From Sphaerodactylus townsendi (taxonomy: Eukaryota): DNA of 64,000 nt. A model generated the notes under the pieces. It had not been told where the DNA came from, did no database searches, and was given only the letters and a program-made list of their open reading frames with translations. Of the stretch, positions 49,576-62,435 are shown in pieces. Every line of letters begins with the position of its first letter. Positions within the stretch are counted from its first letter, which is position 1. The stretch spans positions 28,520,001 to 28,584,000 of the forward strand of contig NC_059433.1 in NCBI RefSeq assembly GCF_021028975.2, written 5' to 3'. Both the position numbers and the translations under genes were made by a program.

Positions 49576-50927
49576 TCAATCTGCTCAGCCTTGAGCAACT
49601 TCATAGGATCTCATGGAAGGGTGCAGAACTTATGGAGAAGTGCAAGATATACAACAAGGGCAAGATGCTGGATCCTTGTGGGTTTGATACAACCCCTTCA
49701 CCCTCACTGCTGAGCATTGCTGGAGCTTCAGAGACCACCTCCTCCTCTGATATGTCAACATAGCCCTGCTTCAAGAATCAAGTTGTCTGGTCAGAGTGAT
49801 TTCAAACTAAATATGGGCTGGATTGCCGTGCATGATACCTTAGAATTTGCTTGCCAAGCAACAAAGGTTATAATTTAGGGTAACAAACCTGAAATCAACA
49901 ACTTTCTCTGTAATCCCTGCTCTTTTTTTTGTAAGAGACAGTTTGCTGATTCATGTTGTTTGTGATCTACAGTAACCTTCAGAGCCATCTCAGCTCAGCA
50001 CTAATCCCTGTATTTATGTTTCATCATTATACTGTCCTCTGCGATTTCATTCAAATAACCTTGCTAAACGTCTTTCCCTCAGTTTTTTCTGTGTCAATTT
50101 TAATTCTTAATCCAGGATCTGAAATTTGCAATCTCCCATTTTTTTACATCTTTGCATACTTTTATCCCAGCCATTAACAAAACAAGCAATACTTTCCAGC
50201 CAACTGTGAATTAGTACATATTGTCAAAGGTCATATTTTACTTTAAAGGTATAAACTCTGGTACTGAGAATTTTTAAAAAATTGGCTGGTCTGAGCAAGG
50301 CTTGCCAGCTCTGGGTTGAAAAATACCAGGAGATTTTGGAAACGGGGTTTGGGGAGAGGAGGGACTTAACCAGGAAACAATGCCCTAGAATTCATCCTTC
50401 AAAGTAGCTATTTTCTCCAAGCTATTTCTGTTGCCTAGAGAGCAGTCATAATTCCAAGAGACCCCCTGCCGGGTGCACTAGTTCCCCTTTCCTGAAGCAG
50501 AAATAATAACAACCTACTTCATGAGGGAGAATGACACAATAATTGCAAAACATTTTGTACCACGTAAGATGAGGAAAGTATTCCATGCACTTCAGAATCA
50601 GTCTGTTTTTTACCAGATATGCCACGCAAAGCAGACTGACGTAATTGGAGTTAGGCAGGTATAATTCTGTTTAGAATTGCACTGTAGATTTTAGACTGTC
50701 TTGGTGATCACCAAACAGATATTACTTCTGATCTGGCTTTTGTCAACATTTGGGGTTTATTTTTCTCTGTTTCAACTCTTCTCTGTCTAACTCAAAGTGG
50801 AATTTAATCCTCCTGTGAAGTTACATGGCCAGATAATTCTATTATTTTTGTACTAAAATAAATTTAGACTCCCTGACAGTGTTTTGGCACCACATAATAG
50901 TTGGATATTAGAAAGTTCTGACAGAAG

Positions 50928-51061
50928 TCACCCAGCAGGAATGTAGGAGTAGGGAAACAAATCTGGTTCACAAGATAAGAATTCACCACTCATGTGGAGG
51001 AATCGGGAATCAAACCCGGTTCTCCAAATCAGAGTCCACCTGCTGTTAACCACTACAACAC
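50928..51061 (-). mobile_element. SINE 5' fragment
   Basis: Reverse tRNA head: gggaatcaaacccggttctcc...taaccactaca. Confidence 0.7.
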
Positions 51062-52599
51062 GAAGGGTGTAATTCTGCTCAGAATGACACTGGGAATGCC
51101 CTGGTTTGTTTTTATGACTTTCATTATTCATAATTTCTTTCTTGTTATTTTTATGAATTTATTCTGTTATTTTTTTACTTTGTGAGCTGTCTCAAGTAGG
51201 TCTTTGAAGAGGCAGCTTTTTATGAAATTGTAAAAAAAAAAAGTCATGTGAGGAAAATGGGTCATTTGCCACAACCTGAAGCTGATGGATTTGTACATCA
51301 TTGCAAACCACCTTTGTCACAAACAAGATTATTAAGTGCATCAGACAAAAGAGATAGTTGCTTACTACGTCCATGGCAGCTGTGGCATTGGAACCCAGAT
51401 CCAAAGGACACTTTCCAGTGGACAGCATTTCTAATGGACAAAGGAGTGTGCATGAAAAGAACTTCTTACTAGAAATGTAAGAATGTGGCTTTTATATCCA
51501 CCATATCCCTAGACACTGCCCATTCTACCAAATGTAATAGCAATCACTACTACCCGTTACCTGAAACGAATGATTCAGTTCTTGTGTTCTGTAAAAACAG
51601 GAAGGGCATTTTCTGTACTATGATTTCCAAAACCTTTTAAAATAATGAACTTTTCCACAGCAAACAGTCAAACAAATTGGCTGAACTCAGTGAGAAACCT
51701 CACTGTTTTTTCAGGTGTCTATTGAAGTGCAAACGGTCATAACGTCAGTACTGATTTGTTTTGAAACATACCAAGAATCTGAAATCCATTCCGATGTATA
51801 GAATTCAAGAAAGAGGAATGTTGAGATTGGCAAAATGTTTAAATGAATACAAATGTCACAACATGTTTTTAGACACATCGAGCCTTTTGTGTTCAGTGTG
51901 GTGTAACCTGAAGCTTTTCTGTTGGATTTCTGGTGTTAATTATATGGTGGTTTTCATAAACAAGTTTCTAAATGACAGAAAGGAAGTAATTTCAGATTAA
52001 GATGAAGGATTCTTTACAATTTCCTCCAACCTGAAGAAATTAAGAAGAACAGCTGAAGTATAATGGTGCGCAACGGTAAGCCCTTCCCCTCAAGTTAAGG
52101 AGTGGTTCCATTATTATGAACACCTGGCCAGCCAGGGGCAGCTTAAAGGACAAAAAATAAACAGAAATTCTGGTTTATTACATGACAGGACATTAAAGTT
52201 ATCTTGTTACTTCAGTTAGTTCTGAAAGCCTATTCTACAAATTTCAGCTCAGTGATCTGGTACGCACATGAATAGACCTGTTCATAACAATAAACTTGAG
52301 GTGGCTTCTTTGTTCTGAGCTGTAAATCTGAAATGCCAGTCTGTGTAAAGAGTTCAGTCCTACATCTAGCTTTATTATCGCAGTTCTGCAGGGCTCTTCT
52401 GCCAAATCTATAGTTGAGGGCAGCAATGGGAGTGATATATTCCCCTTCCTGGTCTCCCTTCCTTCTCCCCGCCCCCTTTCTCTTTTATAAAACTGGGGGA
52501 GGGGTGTGTCGCCACATCCTTGGGTATACTTAGCACTGTAGGTTAATCATTTTGTATAATTATTGATATTATTTTAGACAACGTATTTATATGTAACTG

Positions 52600-53205
52600 G
52601 AACTCTGGAACTCTGAAAAAGGAAAGTGAATCCTTGATTTTAGCTGCTGAAGAGCAAGCCGTTAGAACAAATACAATCAAGGTCAGAATCGAACAATCCT
52701 CAGATGACGCAAAGTGCAGATTGTGCAAGGAAACCAACAAAACTGTATGTCCTCAGCTGCTGCAAAAAGATTGCCCAGACTGAGTACAAACAGAGACACA
52801 ACTCAGTGGCCAAGATGATCCACTGGAATTTATGCAAGAATTACAACATAAGAACAGCTAAAAACTGGTGGGAACATTGTCCAGAGAAAGTCACAGAAAA
52901 TGAGAAGGTCAAGATTTTGTGGAACGTTGGCACATAATACACCAGACATCACTATGATCGAGGACAAGAAAGTGACCATCATAGCAGTACCTCGTGACAG
53001 CAGGGTCACTGAAAAAGTACATGAGAAGGTCACTAAATACCATCTATGGCACAAACCAGCTAAGGTCATCCCAGTGGTAACTGGCACTCTGGGCACCCAC
53101 GAAGGTGGTACTTGAAACATCTTCAAATCCACAAAATCTACATCTGTCAGATTCAAAAGGCAACCCTGCTGGGATCCACATGAACACCACATCAATACAT
53201 TACAC
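52600..53205 (+). mobile_element. R4/Dong-clade non-LTR retrotransposon 3' fragment (REL endonuclease), frameshifted
   Basis: ESLILAAEEQA...KCRLCKE...LSCC...YKQRHNSVAKMIHWNLC...VKILW...HNTPDI...EKVTKY shows the CCHC, RHN and PD..D..K restriction-like endonuclease motifs. Confidence 0.8.
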
Positions 53206-53342
53206 AGTATGCCCTCTAAGATGCTACAGATAACTAGACTAACGATTTATTTATTTCCTTCATTTATCCTCACAAAATGATTCTGTTCACAAGAAGGGAA
53301 GAGTGAGCCAACTTCACGTACAGCTTCTCATGTCCAAAGAGA

Positions 53343-54050
53343 GCCTGCATGGTGTAGTGGTTAAGAGCAGTGGAGTCTAAGAGAGTAAAGGTTTGAAGAA
53401 CTGGATTTGTTTCCCCACTTCTTCCGGTGAAGCCCATTGGGTGACCTTGGGCTAGTCACAGTTCTCTCAGGACTCTATCAGCCCTGTCTACTTCACAAGG
53501 TGTCTGTTGTAGGGAGAGGAAGGGAAAAGAGTTTGTAAGCCACCTTGAGTCTCCATACAGAAGAGAGCATGCTGAAGTGGACACAAAATGGTGGGCACAA
53601 TGATTGCAATAGGAAAGTTCTGCTAGTGGACTTTAGATACACTAAAATGCCATGCTGAACAGTTCACAGAATAAGGGCTTTGGCATAAGGGCTTGAAAAT
53701 GCAGATAGAATCAGGATGGGTGGGGGCAGAACCGGCTAGCCACAAGGACCACAGCAGTCTTCCACTGCAAAGCCAGTGTGGTGTCGTGGTTAAGAACTGG
53801 TGGATTCTAAACTGGAGAACAGGGTTTGATTCCCCATTCCTCCACCTGAGTGGCAGAGGCTTATCTGGTGAACCAGATGTGTTTTCGCACTCCTACATTC
53901 TTGCTGGGTGACCTTGGGTTAGTCACAGTTCCGAAATCTTAGCCTCCCCCCCCATCACAAGGTGTCTGTTGTGGAGAGAGGAAGGAAAAGGAGTTTGTAA
54001 GCCGTTTTGAGACTCCTTACAGGAGAGAAAGGTGAGGTATAAATCAAACC
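53343..54050 (+). mobile_element. Two tRNA-head SINE copies (about 53343-53548 and 53772-54050)
   Basis: ggtgtagtggttaagagc / ggtgtcgtggttaagaac heads, gggtgaccttggg CORE-like body, shared 3' part. Confidence 0.8.
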
Positions 54051-54279
54051 CATTCCTCATTTTAATTTCACTTAACCGTGGTAAGTTCCCCGCCTGAATA
54101 CAGTTCAGGTGTGTACGTGATCAGCAGCTGCAGCCACTTTCAAGTTGCCATATTTGCCATGCATAAGAACGTAGTTTTATTGACTTGAGGTCCATGGGGG
54201 TTTTCTACCTCCCCCTGGAAGCCCTGTAACTTTCCCACCATCACACCTGGAAAGCACTCCCCCCCCCCCCCCCCCCCCG

Positions 54280-54800
54280 CCCACTCTCCCGCCAGCAACC
54301 AATCAACGCGCCTATCAAGAATGGTTACAGGAAGACGTCGCTGTTCAGCGAGGAAGCGCGGAGGAAAGAGAAGGCGAAAGGAAGCATTCGGCCCGGGCGT
54401 TCTCCATACTGTGCTGTGATTGGCTGGCGGCTTTTGGATTGGCGAATGGGCAGTGGCGGAGAGCGCGCGTCTCTGCAAGTCCTGCCCTCTGACGCGAGAG
54501 GTATTTATGGCTGCGCGCGAAAGGCTTCCTTGTTCAAGCGAGCGCGCGGGAATAGCGGGGGTTGTGCGCGTGGACAGAAATTGGCGGTTGGCTTTTACCG
54601 GCTCGGTGAGTTCGTGCGGGGAAAGGGGGAGGCGGGAGCCGGGCGTGTTGCGAAGAGACCGGCATTAAGTGCATGCAAGTGCATTCATTGCATCAATTTC
54701 ATTGATTCGTGTTTTGGGCGGGAGGGGCTCTTCCTCCCTGCATTTTCCCACGCCTCATAGCGCTTCCTTCCCGCGGTGGCACGTAGCCTCTCCGCTTGCT
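54280..54800 (+). promoter_or_regulatory. GMNN: GMNN CpG-island promoter with NF-Y and E2F sites; non-coding exon 1 ends at 54605
   Basis: CCAAT boxes at 54299, 54419 and 54438. E2F-like gcgcgaaa 54515, gcgggaa 54546, ggcgggag 54631 and 54717, ttcccgcg 54768. Donor CTCG|gtgagt at 54605/54606. Confidence 0.85.
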
Positions 54801-56721
54801 GACTCGTCGGATTGTGCTGCCTGGGTGGTGCACAGGGTCCTCTTGGAGGAACCCGTTCAGTTGAGCAACGGTGTGGAGAACTCCGATAGGCTAAACTCCT
54901 TCGAGGGCTTAAACTGGAGTAGGTCTGCATATGGTTGCATGGCTAGTGCTGTGACTTCCGATGGAAGAGTTTGAGGGCGCTGATGAGTAGTTAGTAGTAG
55001 CAAAACTGCATCCCGGTGGCCACGTGGGTGGGTGCTCAGTGAAATTGCCTCGTTCAGGCTGAAGCTCTGTTGCTTCCTCTATTTCTGACCTTAAAAACTG
55101 CACTTTGGGGTCGACCAGGGCGTGTATTGCAGAACCTGTAATAATAAAGGTGGCACAACATAGGGACAGTGCCAGATAAGATATTATAAACCAGATAGCA
55201 CACCCCACAGTGTGGAATTATGTCCAAGGAAATCTCAGTTTCATTTAAAGCATGGAAGATCTATATCTAGGATGCATAACAAGAAAATACAGAAATACAA
55301 ATGAAAATTGACAATTTAGTCTGTGTGGGAACTTCCACTGTTAATGGAAACTTTATAGCTAGTTCCATTTGAAGTGAGTTTGTAAGATGGGGAGGAGTAT
55401 ACAATGTAAGGTCTACATGTTCTGGTTGTATTACAAGTTTGTGGCGTGTAGATGGAGTCTCCTATTACATCTGCAACTTGAGGGAGGGACCCGAGGGCTG
55501 CTTAGTTGTTATTACTTTGCCACAAAGTTTCAACTGACTTATGGTAACTCCATTCTGGGTAACAAACCATGGTCTCCTGTCCTAGCTTCTGAGATCTGCC
55601 AAGATCAGGCTAGCCTGGACTATCTGGAGGGGCAACTGTAAGAACTCCACTCAGTTGCCTTAAACAATATTGTTCTGTGGTGTTTTTTTTTAACCTTCCT
55701 GTTTAGGTCTCCAGAAAGGTGTAGGTACTGAGAGATACTTGGTCTGGAATGTAATAAAACCTGCTTTCTTTAGAACAGGGATGTTCGTCTACTATGTTAA
55801 CAAGGAGATACTTCAGTTTCTAATTCCAAGAATGCAGTTGGCATGTGAACTCTGTGCCATATGGGAGATAAGGAGTCATAATAGAGCTGGTGGCAGCTAG
55901 TATGATATAGAGATGATCTGTTATGGGTTCACAAAGTTATTATGCACACTCTGTTGGGATTGAAATGTGGAACTAGAGTTGCCAAGCAGGGCTGGATCTA
56001 GGCTGCCAGATCATCTTTATTCCAGAGAGTCATTGGTGCATATCCAGTTACAATTCATTAATTTATGCTTCAGTCATTCAATCAGATGCTAAAGATGGTA
56101 GATTAATTGTCCTCCTACAGTAGTAAAATCACATGTATTTGCTGTTTATAATGTCATTTTGTATGAAGAGTGGGAGAGAAAGCGTAGGTCGGAGAAGCAT
56201 CAGTAATAATTGTGTGAAGGGCTTAGCCCTATCACTTTTGAAACAATAGTGGCTCTAGAAACAGCCTCAGTCATTTGGAATTTATTTCAATTCAAGGACT
56301 GCTGTTCCTCTTACGACAAAGAATATCCCCTGTGTGCAGGCTATGTCTCTTCTCAGACATTAGGAGGATGTTTGCAATAGTAATCGTTCTGTGAACATGA
56401 AGGGTTGACTTGGCATGTTTTCATATGAAAATACCATGTTGATCTTCTGAAAAAGATCTGTCTATCTGGGATAGAAATGTAGATCTCCGATGTAATGTAG
56501 AAAGTAGTCCTAACTCTCTTTGGCTTATGGCACAGATGTGACTAACTAGAAACAGACGTATGCAGTGGTGTTAGTAAGTCGTCCAATTTTTGTCATCAAG
56601 CAATCATTTGTTAATTTGATCTAAGAAGAATAGCATCACTAAACTTTCTAAAATATTTTCATTTCAGCGATAGGTTGTTAAATTTTAAAGGTAACAAAGA
56701 TGTAGGTAACGTCTAAATAAG

Positions 56722-56784
56722 CATTAACATACAAACCACGTAACCCACTGGCAGCCAGTGGGTTACGTGGTTTGTATGTTAATG
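56722..56784. repeat. Perfect 31-bp inverted repeat with a 1-nt spacer
   Basis: cattaacatacaaaccacgtaacccactggc-a-gccagtgggttacgtggtttgtatgttaatg. Confidence 0.95.
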
Positions 56785-57164
56785 TTAAATTTTAAAAACA
56801 AAAATGTGCAGGTTCAATAGCTACAAGGTACTTAAGATTTCAGAATCCTGCAAAACTTCTTCATAAGATTTAGATGTATGCAGAAGATAGGATAAGGGAA
56901 AAGCTTTGCTGTTTATATCAAAATTGTCAAATAATTTTTTTGAGGTCCTTGAACAAGATGTATGGCTTTCAAAGACTCTTGCTAGAGTATTTTAAAAGTT
57001 CTGGGGCTGCCAGCCCAGGGTGAGAAACAGAATGGGGGGGGGGGTGTGTGTGAAATTCTACTATGTGAACCCTTGCTGAACGGTTGTGGTTTTAGTTAAA
57101 CAGAATAATTATTACTATGTATTCTAGCATACTTTGTGCAAACAAGACTGCCTAAAGTGGACGA

Positions 57165-57218
57165 ATGAATTCCAGAGTGAAGCAGAAGGCTGAAGTAGAC
57201 AAATCTTTAGCTGCAAAG
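57165..57218 (+). CDS. GMNN: GMNN (geminin) first coding exon
   Basis: Acceptor ttctag| at 57127. MNSRVKQKAEVDKSLAAK|gtaaca resembles the geminin N-terminus (MNxxxKQK). Confidence 0.85.
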
Positions 57219-60200
57219 GTAACAACCAAGTAACTTACCTTCTTTTTCTTTGTATGTACGCTTGTCAAAGTTATTTTTCATATGAATTCGACTCAGAAGT
57301 ACTAGGCTAGCATTCTTTGGCTAGCTGCTGCTTACAGAACCTTACACCTTTTCTATTTACAATTTTCTGTAAATGTTCAGGTTATGTAGTTGCAATGTTC
57401 GTTATTTTGATCCTAGTGTATCCTATGGGAAACTGAAAAGAACATAAAGGGTGAAATTGCCATACTCTGATCTCTCTGTTGTCTATACTATCCTGTTCCT
57501 GTATTGCCAAAGATGATTGCTTATATAGTAAAGGCTAAACTTTTCTTTGCTGCTAGCATCATGCTTAATGTAGCTCTCAAGTTGTTTTTGTCAATTTGCA
57601 GGCATTTAGATCTGCCACACTGGATAATATTAATTTAACCTTAAATATTATATTGGAGTCTTTTTGAGCAAAAGATGAACTTCAGCAATAACTGCCATTA
57701 AGGAAATAACGCATCATAATGGGAAGCAATGTTGCCTTAATTTATAGCCTCCGAAGTCAAGCTTTGCTTTTTTCCATCTAATCAACTAATGATTTGGTTG
57801 GACTGTTTTTATTAAAATTTATAATCCTATTCGTCCTACAGCAAGGATTTGTATGAAAGTGTATGTATGAACTATCTATTATAACAGTAATTGGATACAA
57901 ATTAATGTCCTACAGATCACTTATACTAATAACATAAGGTCTCCTGTGTTATCTGTATCCTGTGATACTGTACAAATCAAAGGAGGAAGAATGTACAAGC
58001 TATTAAGGCATTTCATATCGCTAAATCTGACTGGGCAATTTATCTGTATTCCTAGAAGTTAGGAATTTTGTATTTACATACTCTGTGTGTGTTGATGTCA
58101 TTCAGTACCCTGAAGTCCAACACAAATCTCTCTAAACAAAGTTTGCATTGGACACTATTGCTTTGCTATCTTCACATTCATGTAGTTGCTTTATAATGGG
58201 AAGTAACATAATAGAAGTCCTATTGCATATTCTTTACCTTCAGGGCATGTGAGTGCTCTGAGCTACAGAAAGAAACTTTTTTAAAAACTAACAAGCAAAT
58301 TGCTTGACTGTTGAAACATGAGCTTGGCAGTGGCTAAATTCTTGGAAAGCATTTTAAACACCCGTATTTAAATGTTTTAAAAGTTTTCTCTTTTAAATGG
58401 AAACATACTAATAATTTATATGCCATTAAAGGTTAAAATGATGAAACATGAGCTTAAGATACTTCAGTACTTGATGGTACTCTGTCAGATGGATTGGGAG
58501 AATTACATAGTGACTAGTGGCAAAGCCCATTTCATGTGGAAATGAAATGAGCTCTGGGAAGGGGGGGCAAGGAAGCCTCTTCCCCTGCAATGACCTTTCC
58601 CCATTCCTCCCCACCCCAATTAGTCAGGAAACGGGGGGCTGGGGTTGCCAAGACCTGTGACATTCTCCCGCAGACACTGGTGGGTGGGTGGTCTGCACTG
58701 CCACCACTAGGCAATCTGAGGTGGCCTGTGGGGGGAGGCAGGAGGGTTGTCACAGGTGGAGAGAGCGGGGTTGCTGCTTCTTCAGGAGAAGGCGGGCAAG
58801 GGACAGATGTCCCACCAATGAGTGCGCAGGACTGAGTTCCTCTCCCTGATTGATGGGAAGGGGGCTTTGTGGTCGGAAGGCGGCGATTGGTTGCCACTTA
58901 GGGAATTATCTATGGTAAGATAAGATGGAGAATGCTGTAAGAGTGTCTCTTCATCTAACATGAGTATGATGTACTCATACTGTTTTTGGTTATGCTGTAC
59001 TTAATCAGTACTAAAGTTAGCAAAATGCCAAAGGGTCCCATATCAATATTCTAAAAGAGAGTTGGGCAGCACAGGCATTGACACAAGAAAGGGCTTTTCC
59101 TTTCTTGGTGCCCTGGTCCTTGTTTACTAAAGTATACAAATAGATGATTATCAATCTTCTCTAGCCTTATTACCATAGAATATAGGCTATTTCTTGACTT
59201 GTTCCCTATATCCTATGTTTGACGATGTCTCAGATAAGGGAAGACTAGTTCCTTTTGTAATGCCTCCTGGTGGGATTCTCTGTTTTTTGTATAACCATCA
59301 GTTAATGTGTTCTTGAAGTTGTTTTGTTCTAAATCTGACTACTGGTCCCTATAGCTCCATCATCTGCTGTGTCTAGCAATGGATCTTCAGTGTCTGACAT
59401 TTAGGTCTGCCTGAGAGTTATTATAGAAATGTATCTGATTATGCCGCTGCTCTGCAGTTTTCATCCACTGATCTGCAAGGCCCTTTCCTCATACCTTTAT
59501 ACAAATCTTTGGCACAAGACAATGTGGCTACCAAATGTATGCAAATCTTTGGCACAAGACAATGTGGCTACCATTGTGTTAAAACTCTTGCTCAGTCTAG
59601 TATTCAGCAAGAAAAAACCATCCCACACTTGTCTGGTGCTCTTAGAATGCCAAACAGTTAGCTCTCATTCCTACTGGAGAAAGTTGAAAGATTAGCAGGT
59701 TGCAACCTCAACCGTAACCCTTGTTATTGGGTGGCCAGAGATTGAGTTGTCCAAGCAATGGAAAAAAAACCCAGTTGGATTGGTGGTACCACTCACCTTG
59801 TTGGATTGATAGCATAAATCAGATCCAGTATTGACTGTGGGGAGGGAACACTTCGTGAACATGAGACATTAGCTCCCTCCCAAGGGTACATTGCAAGGCC
59901 TGGCCTGTCATGCTAACTTTATTATGCAGCAAGAGACGACATTCAATGTGGCTGTTAAATTTATAGACCCGTGTCAGTGGATATTGCTGCCTTCAGATTG
60001 GCAAAAGAGGTTGAAGAGGCCCCCCTCCCAATGTTGAAATAAGAGGATTTGAAATGTCTTTGCCATCTGATAATTCTTGAACTTGCTGCTGTCTGCAGGG
60101 CCTCCAATCTAGATTTCTATACTACTAAATTTGTACTTGATTCTTGGTTGAACATAAAATATTAAGAGTAATAGATTAACTCAAGTAAGTGGCAGCCAGT

Positions 60201-61597
60201 GAATACCTTGAACGGTGTTGCCTAATTCAGCAGCAGCGAGTGTAGTCTGAAGTGAAGTACTTTGCTTTTTCCCACAGTAGCTGGCACTTGTCCTATAGCT
60301 CAACAGTAAGTTAATTGGCAGCAGAAACTTTACCGTGGGAAAGGTGAGCTCTTGCCATGTGAAGTAGTGTGAATCGCTAACTTTCTCACGCTAGTATGAC
60401 ATTATGTTCCTGTTATCCCTGTTTGATTATCTACCATTGTTTGCTGTCTCATGGTGGCAGTGTAATGATTTTTTTTAAAAAAATGTTTAATGCAGGAAAT
60501 AAGTGTTTACATATGACAAGGAAGATAATGGGCGATACGTTTCCCCAAAACAATGCTCTTGCTGGATCAGTATGTTATGCCCCAAGCAGGGCAAATAGAC
60601 ATCTACCACAAATCAAAGGAATCTGGTGCCCTGTGAAATATCTTAAATTACCTTACTGCATTTTAAGTAAGGGTACAAGCATGGAGCAAAACAGCTACTT
60701 GAAATTCAGTGTGTACCTTTGGTATATTGCAAAAATCCCCGTGTTGGTGATAAAGGAGATGTTTAAACAATTAATTCTGGCGAGGATCCAGTTACAATTC
60801 AAAGATGACCTTATTTGTATTTTTCATCTGGTTTGGGCAATCACTATCCATGCATTGCAGTTACTGGTCAGGTATAGAATCAGTAGAGAGCATATCTATG
60901 GCTTTACAGGGACATCTAATTTTGGCTGGTCTCTCAAATACTGGGCTGGCTGTTAGTCTACTCATGTGGGCGTTTGTATTAAAGAAATTTTATTAGTTTT
61001 CTTGACAAAGCATAAGTGTAATACTTTGTTGTACTTTTCTAATGGGTGATTCTAATGTGCAAAATTCAGAATTATTTAACAGCTACACTATACAACATTA
61101 ATTCAATGTCTAGTGTAGAATATTTGATTCATATTCCTAATGAAAGAATACCAGATACTAGAAATTTTCTAGCTTTGCCATGGTATCAATTTGTAAGTTT
61201 AGCCCCTTGCGCTACATTCCAAGACTTATTGGTTTTTTCAATACAGTAGAAATGATTGGCTAATACAAATGATGACAACTTGGGAGAAGTTTTCAAGGAA
61301 ATGCTGATTTCCACATACAATGCAGGAATGTTCTGTGATTGAACACTTCTAGAGAAGAGTTTTTCAACAGGGCATGAGTTCCATTTTGACTGACTAAGTA
61401 TTATTCTTGGGTTGGCTGAGTGCATTATCTGATTAATACAATTCCTGTGATTTAGAATCTTACAAAATCCATTTACTACACTGAGCTATAGTGTTTTGCA
61501 TCTCGCATTAATGTTTTAAGATCTAAATGTATTTCAGGCAGAATTAGAAACATGATCTAAATCTAGATGTATTGAGAATGTATTCTCTGCCAAACAG

Positions 61598-61693
61598 GCT
61601 TCTACATGTAATTCAAATGGCACATTCCAGAGACAGACCCTTAAGATGATACAGCCATCAATTACAGGATGTCTTGTCGGTAGGGCAAATGAG
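61598..61693 (+). CDS. GMNN: GMNN exon with destruction box
   Basis: caaacag|GCTTCT...AATGAG|gtatgt. RQTLKMIQPS is the RxxL D-box, followed by GCLVGRANE. Confidence 0.93.
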
Positions 61694-61974
61694 GTATGTA
61701 CTGTTATTGAAAAACATTGCTTGGAAGCTAATGATTTGCTGCATAAACCTAATTGATAAATTTGAGTATAAAATTTTGCGTATAAAATTGAATTGCTAGT
61801 ATATTCAGTTTATAGGCTCAAGTCAGTGTGGACTTGACTGTTAACTTGAAACCACATCTGAAGATGCATATTCAGTTAATACTGTTACAAGGAAATAAGG
61901 AGATTGGAGTGTGTGAGGAAAGGTTTGTTGGAGAATATATCTGCTTCTGAGAGTTTTCACTTTACCATTTATAG

Positions 61975-62110
61975 CAGGTCCAATCATCAACCAAGGGGAA
62001 ATTCCGGAGTGAGCAGTCTATCCCAAACATTTCAAAACCTGCTTCTGCAACAGCATTGGAACACAGAACCACTAAAAATGTCATCCAAGCTTCTGACCTC
62101 ATGGTAAAAG
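61975..62110 (+). CDS. GMNN: GMNN exon (NAGNAG acceptor, 61975 or 61978)
   Basis: tttatag|cag|GTC...ATGGTAAAAG|gtgcgt. Open frame ending QASDLMVK; phase 1 fits the next exon. Confidence 0.88.
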
Positions 62111-62112
62111 GT

Positions 62113-62435
62113 GCGTGTGTGTGTGTAAGTGCCGTCAAGTTGCTTACAACTCATAGCGACACTGAATCAATGTCATCATTAACAGCCTTGTTCATGTCTT
62201 GCAAACTGAGGGCTGTTGCTTACTTTATTGAGTTTATCTCATGTTGGGTCTTCCTTTTTCCTGCTGTCTGCAACTTTTCCTAGTATTATTCTTTTCCAGT
62301 GAGTTTTGTCTTCTCATAATGTGCCCAAAGTACAACAGGCCCATTATAGCTTTGAGGGAGAGTTCAGGTTTGATTTGTTCTAGAAACCACTTGCTTTTTT
62401 GGGTGAACCACCATATCCATCACGCTCTCTTCCAG
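62113..62435 (-). mobile_element. RTE/BovB-like LINE fragment with (CA)n tail abutting a GMNN donor
   Basis: Minus strand gtcgctatgagttgtaagcaacttgacggcacttacacacac resembles the squamate BovB 3' end. Confidence 0.65.

Noticed and set aside
49390-49763. ORFs downstream of the orphan promoter
   Set aside because: Partly generated by the 32-bp minisatellite; no homology I can recognise.
59502-59573. Short tandem duplications (also about 22290-22342, 28103-28148, 37745-37780 and 38599-38645)
   Set aside because: Ordinary slippage duplications with no sign of function.
60396-60956. 186-aa ORF in a GMNN intron
   Set aside because: No domain or motif, no splice-compatible link to GMNN exons, and composition typical of a chance ORF.
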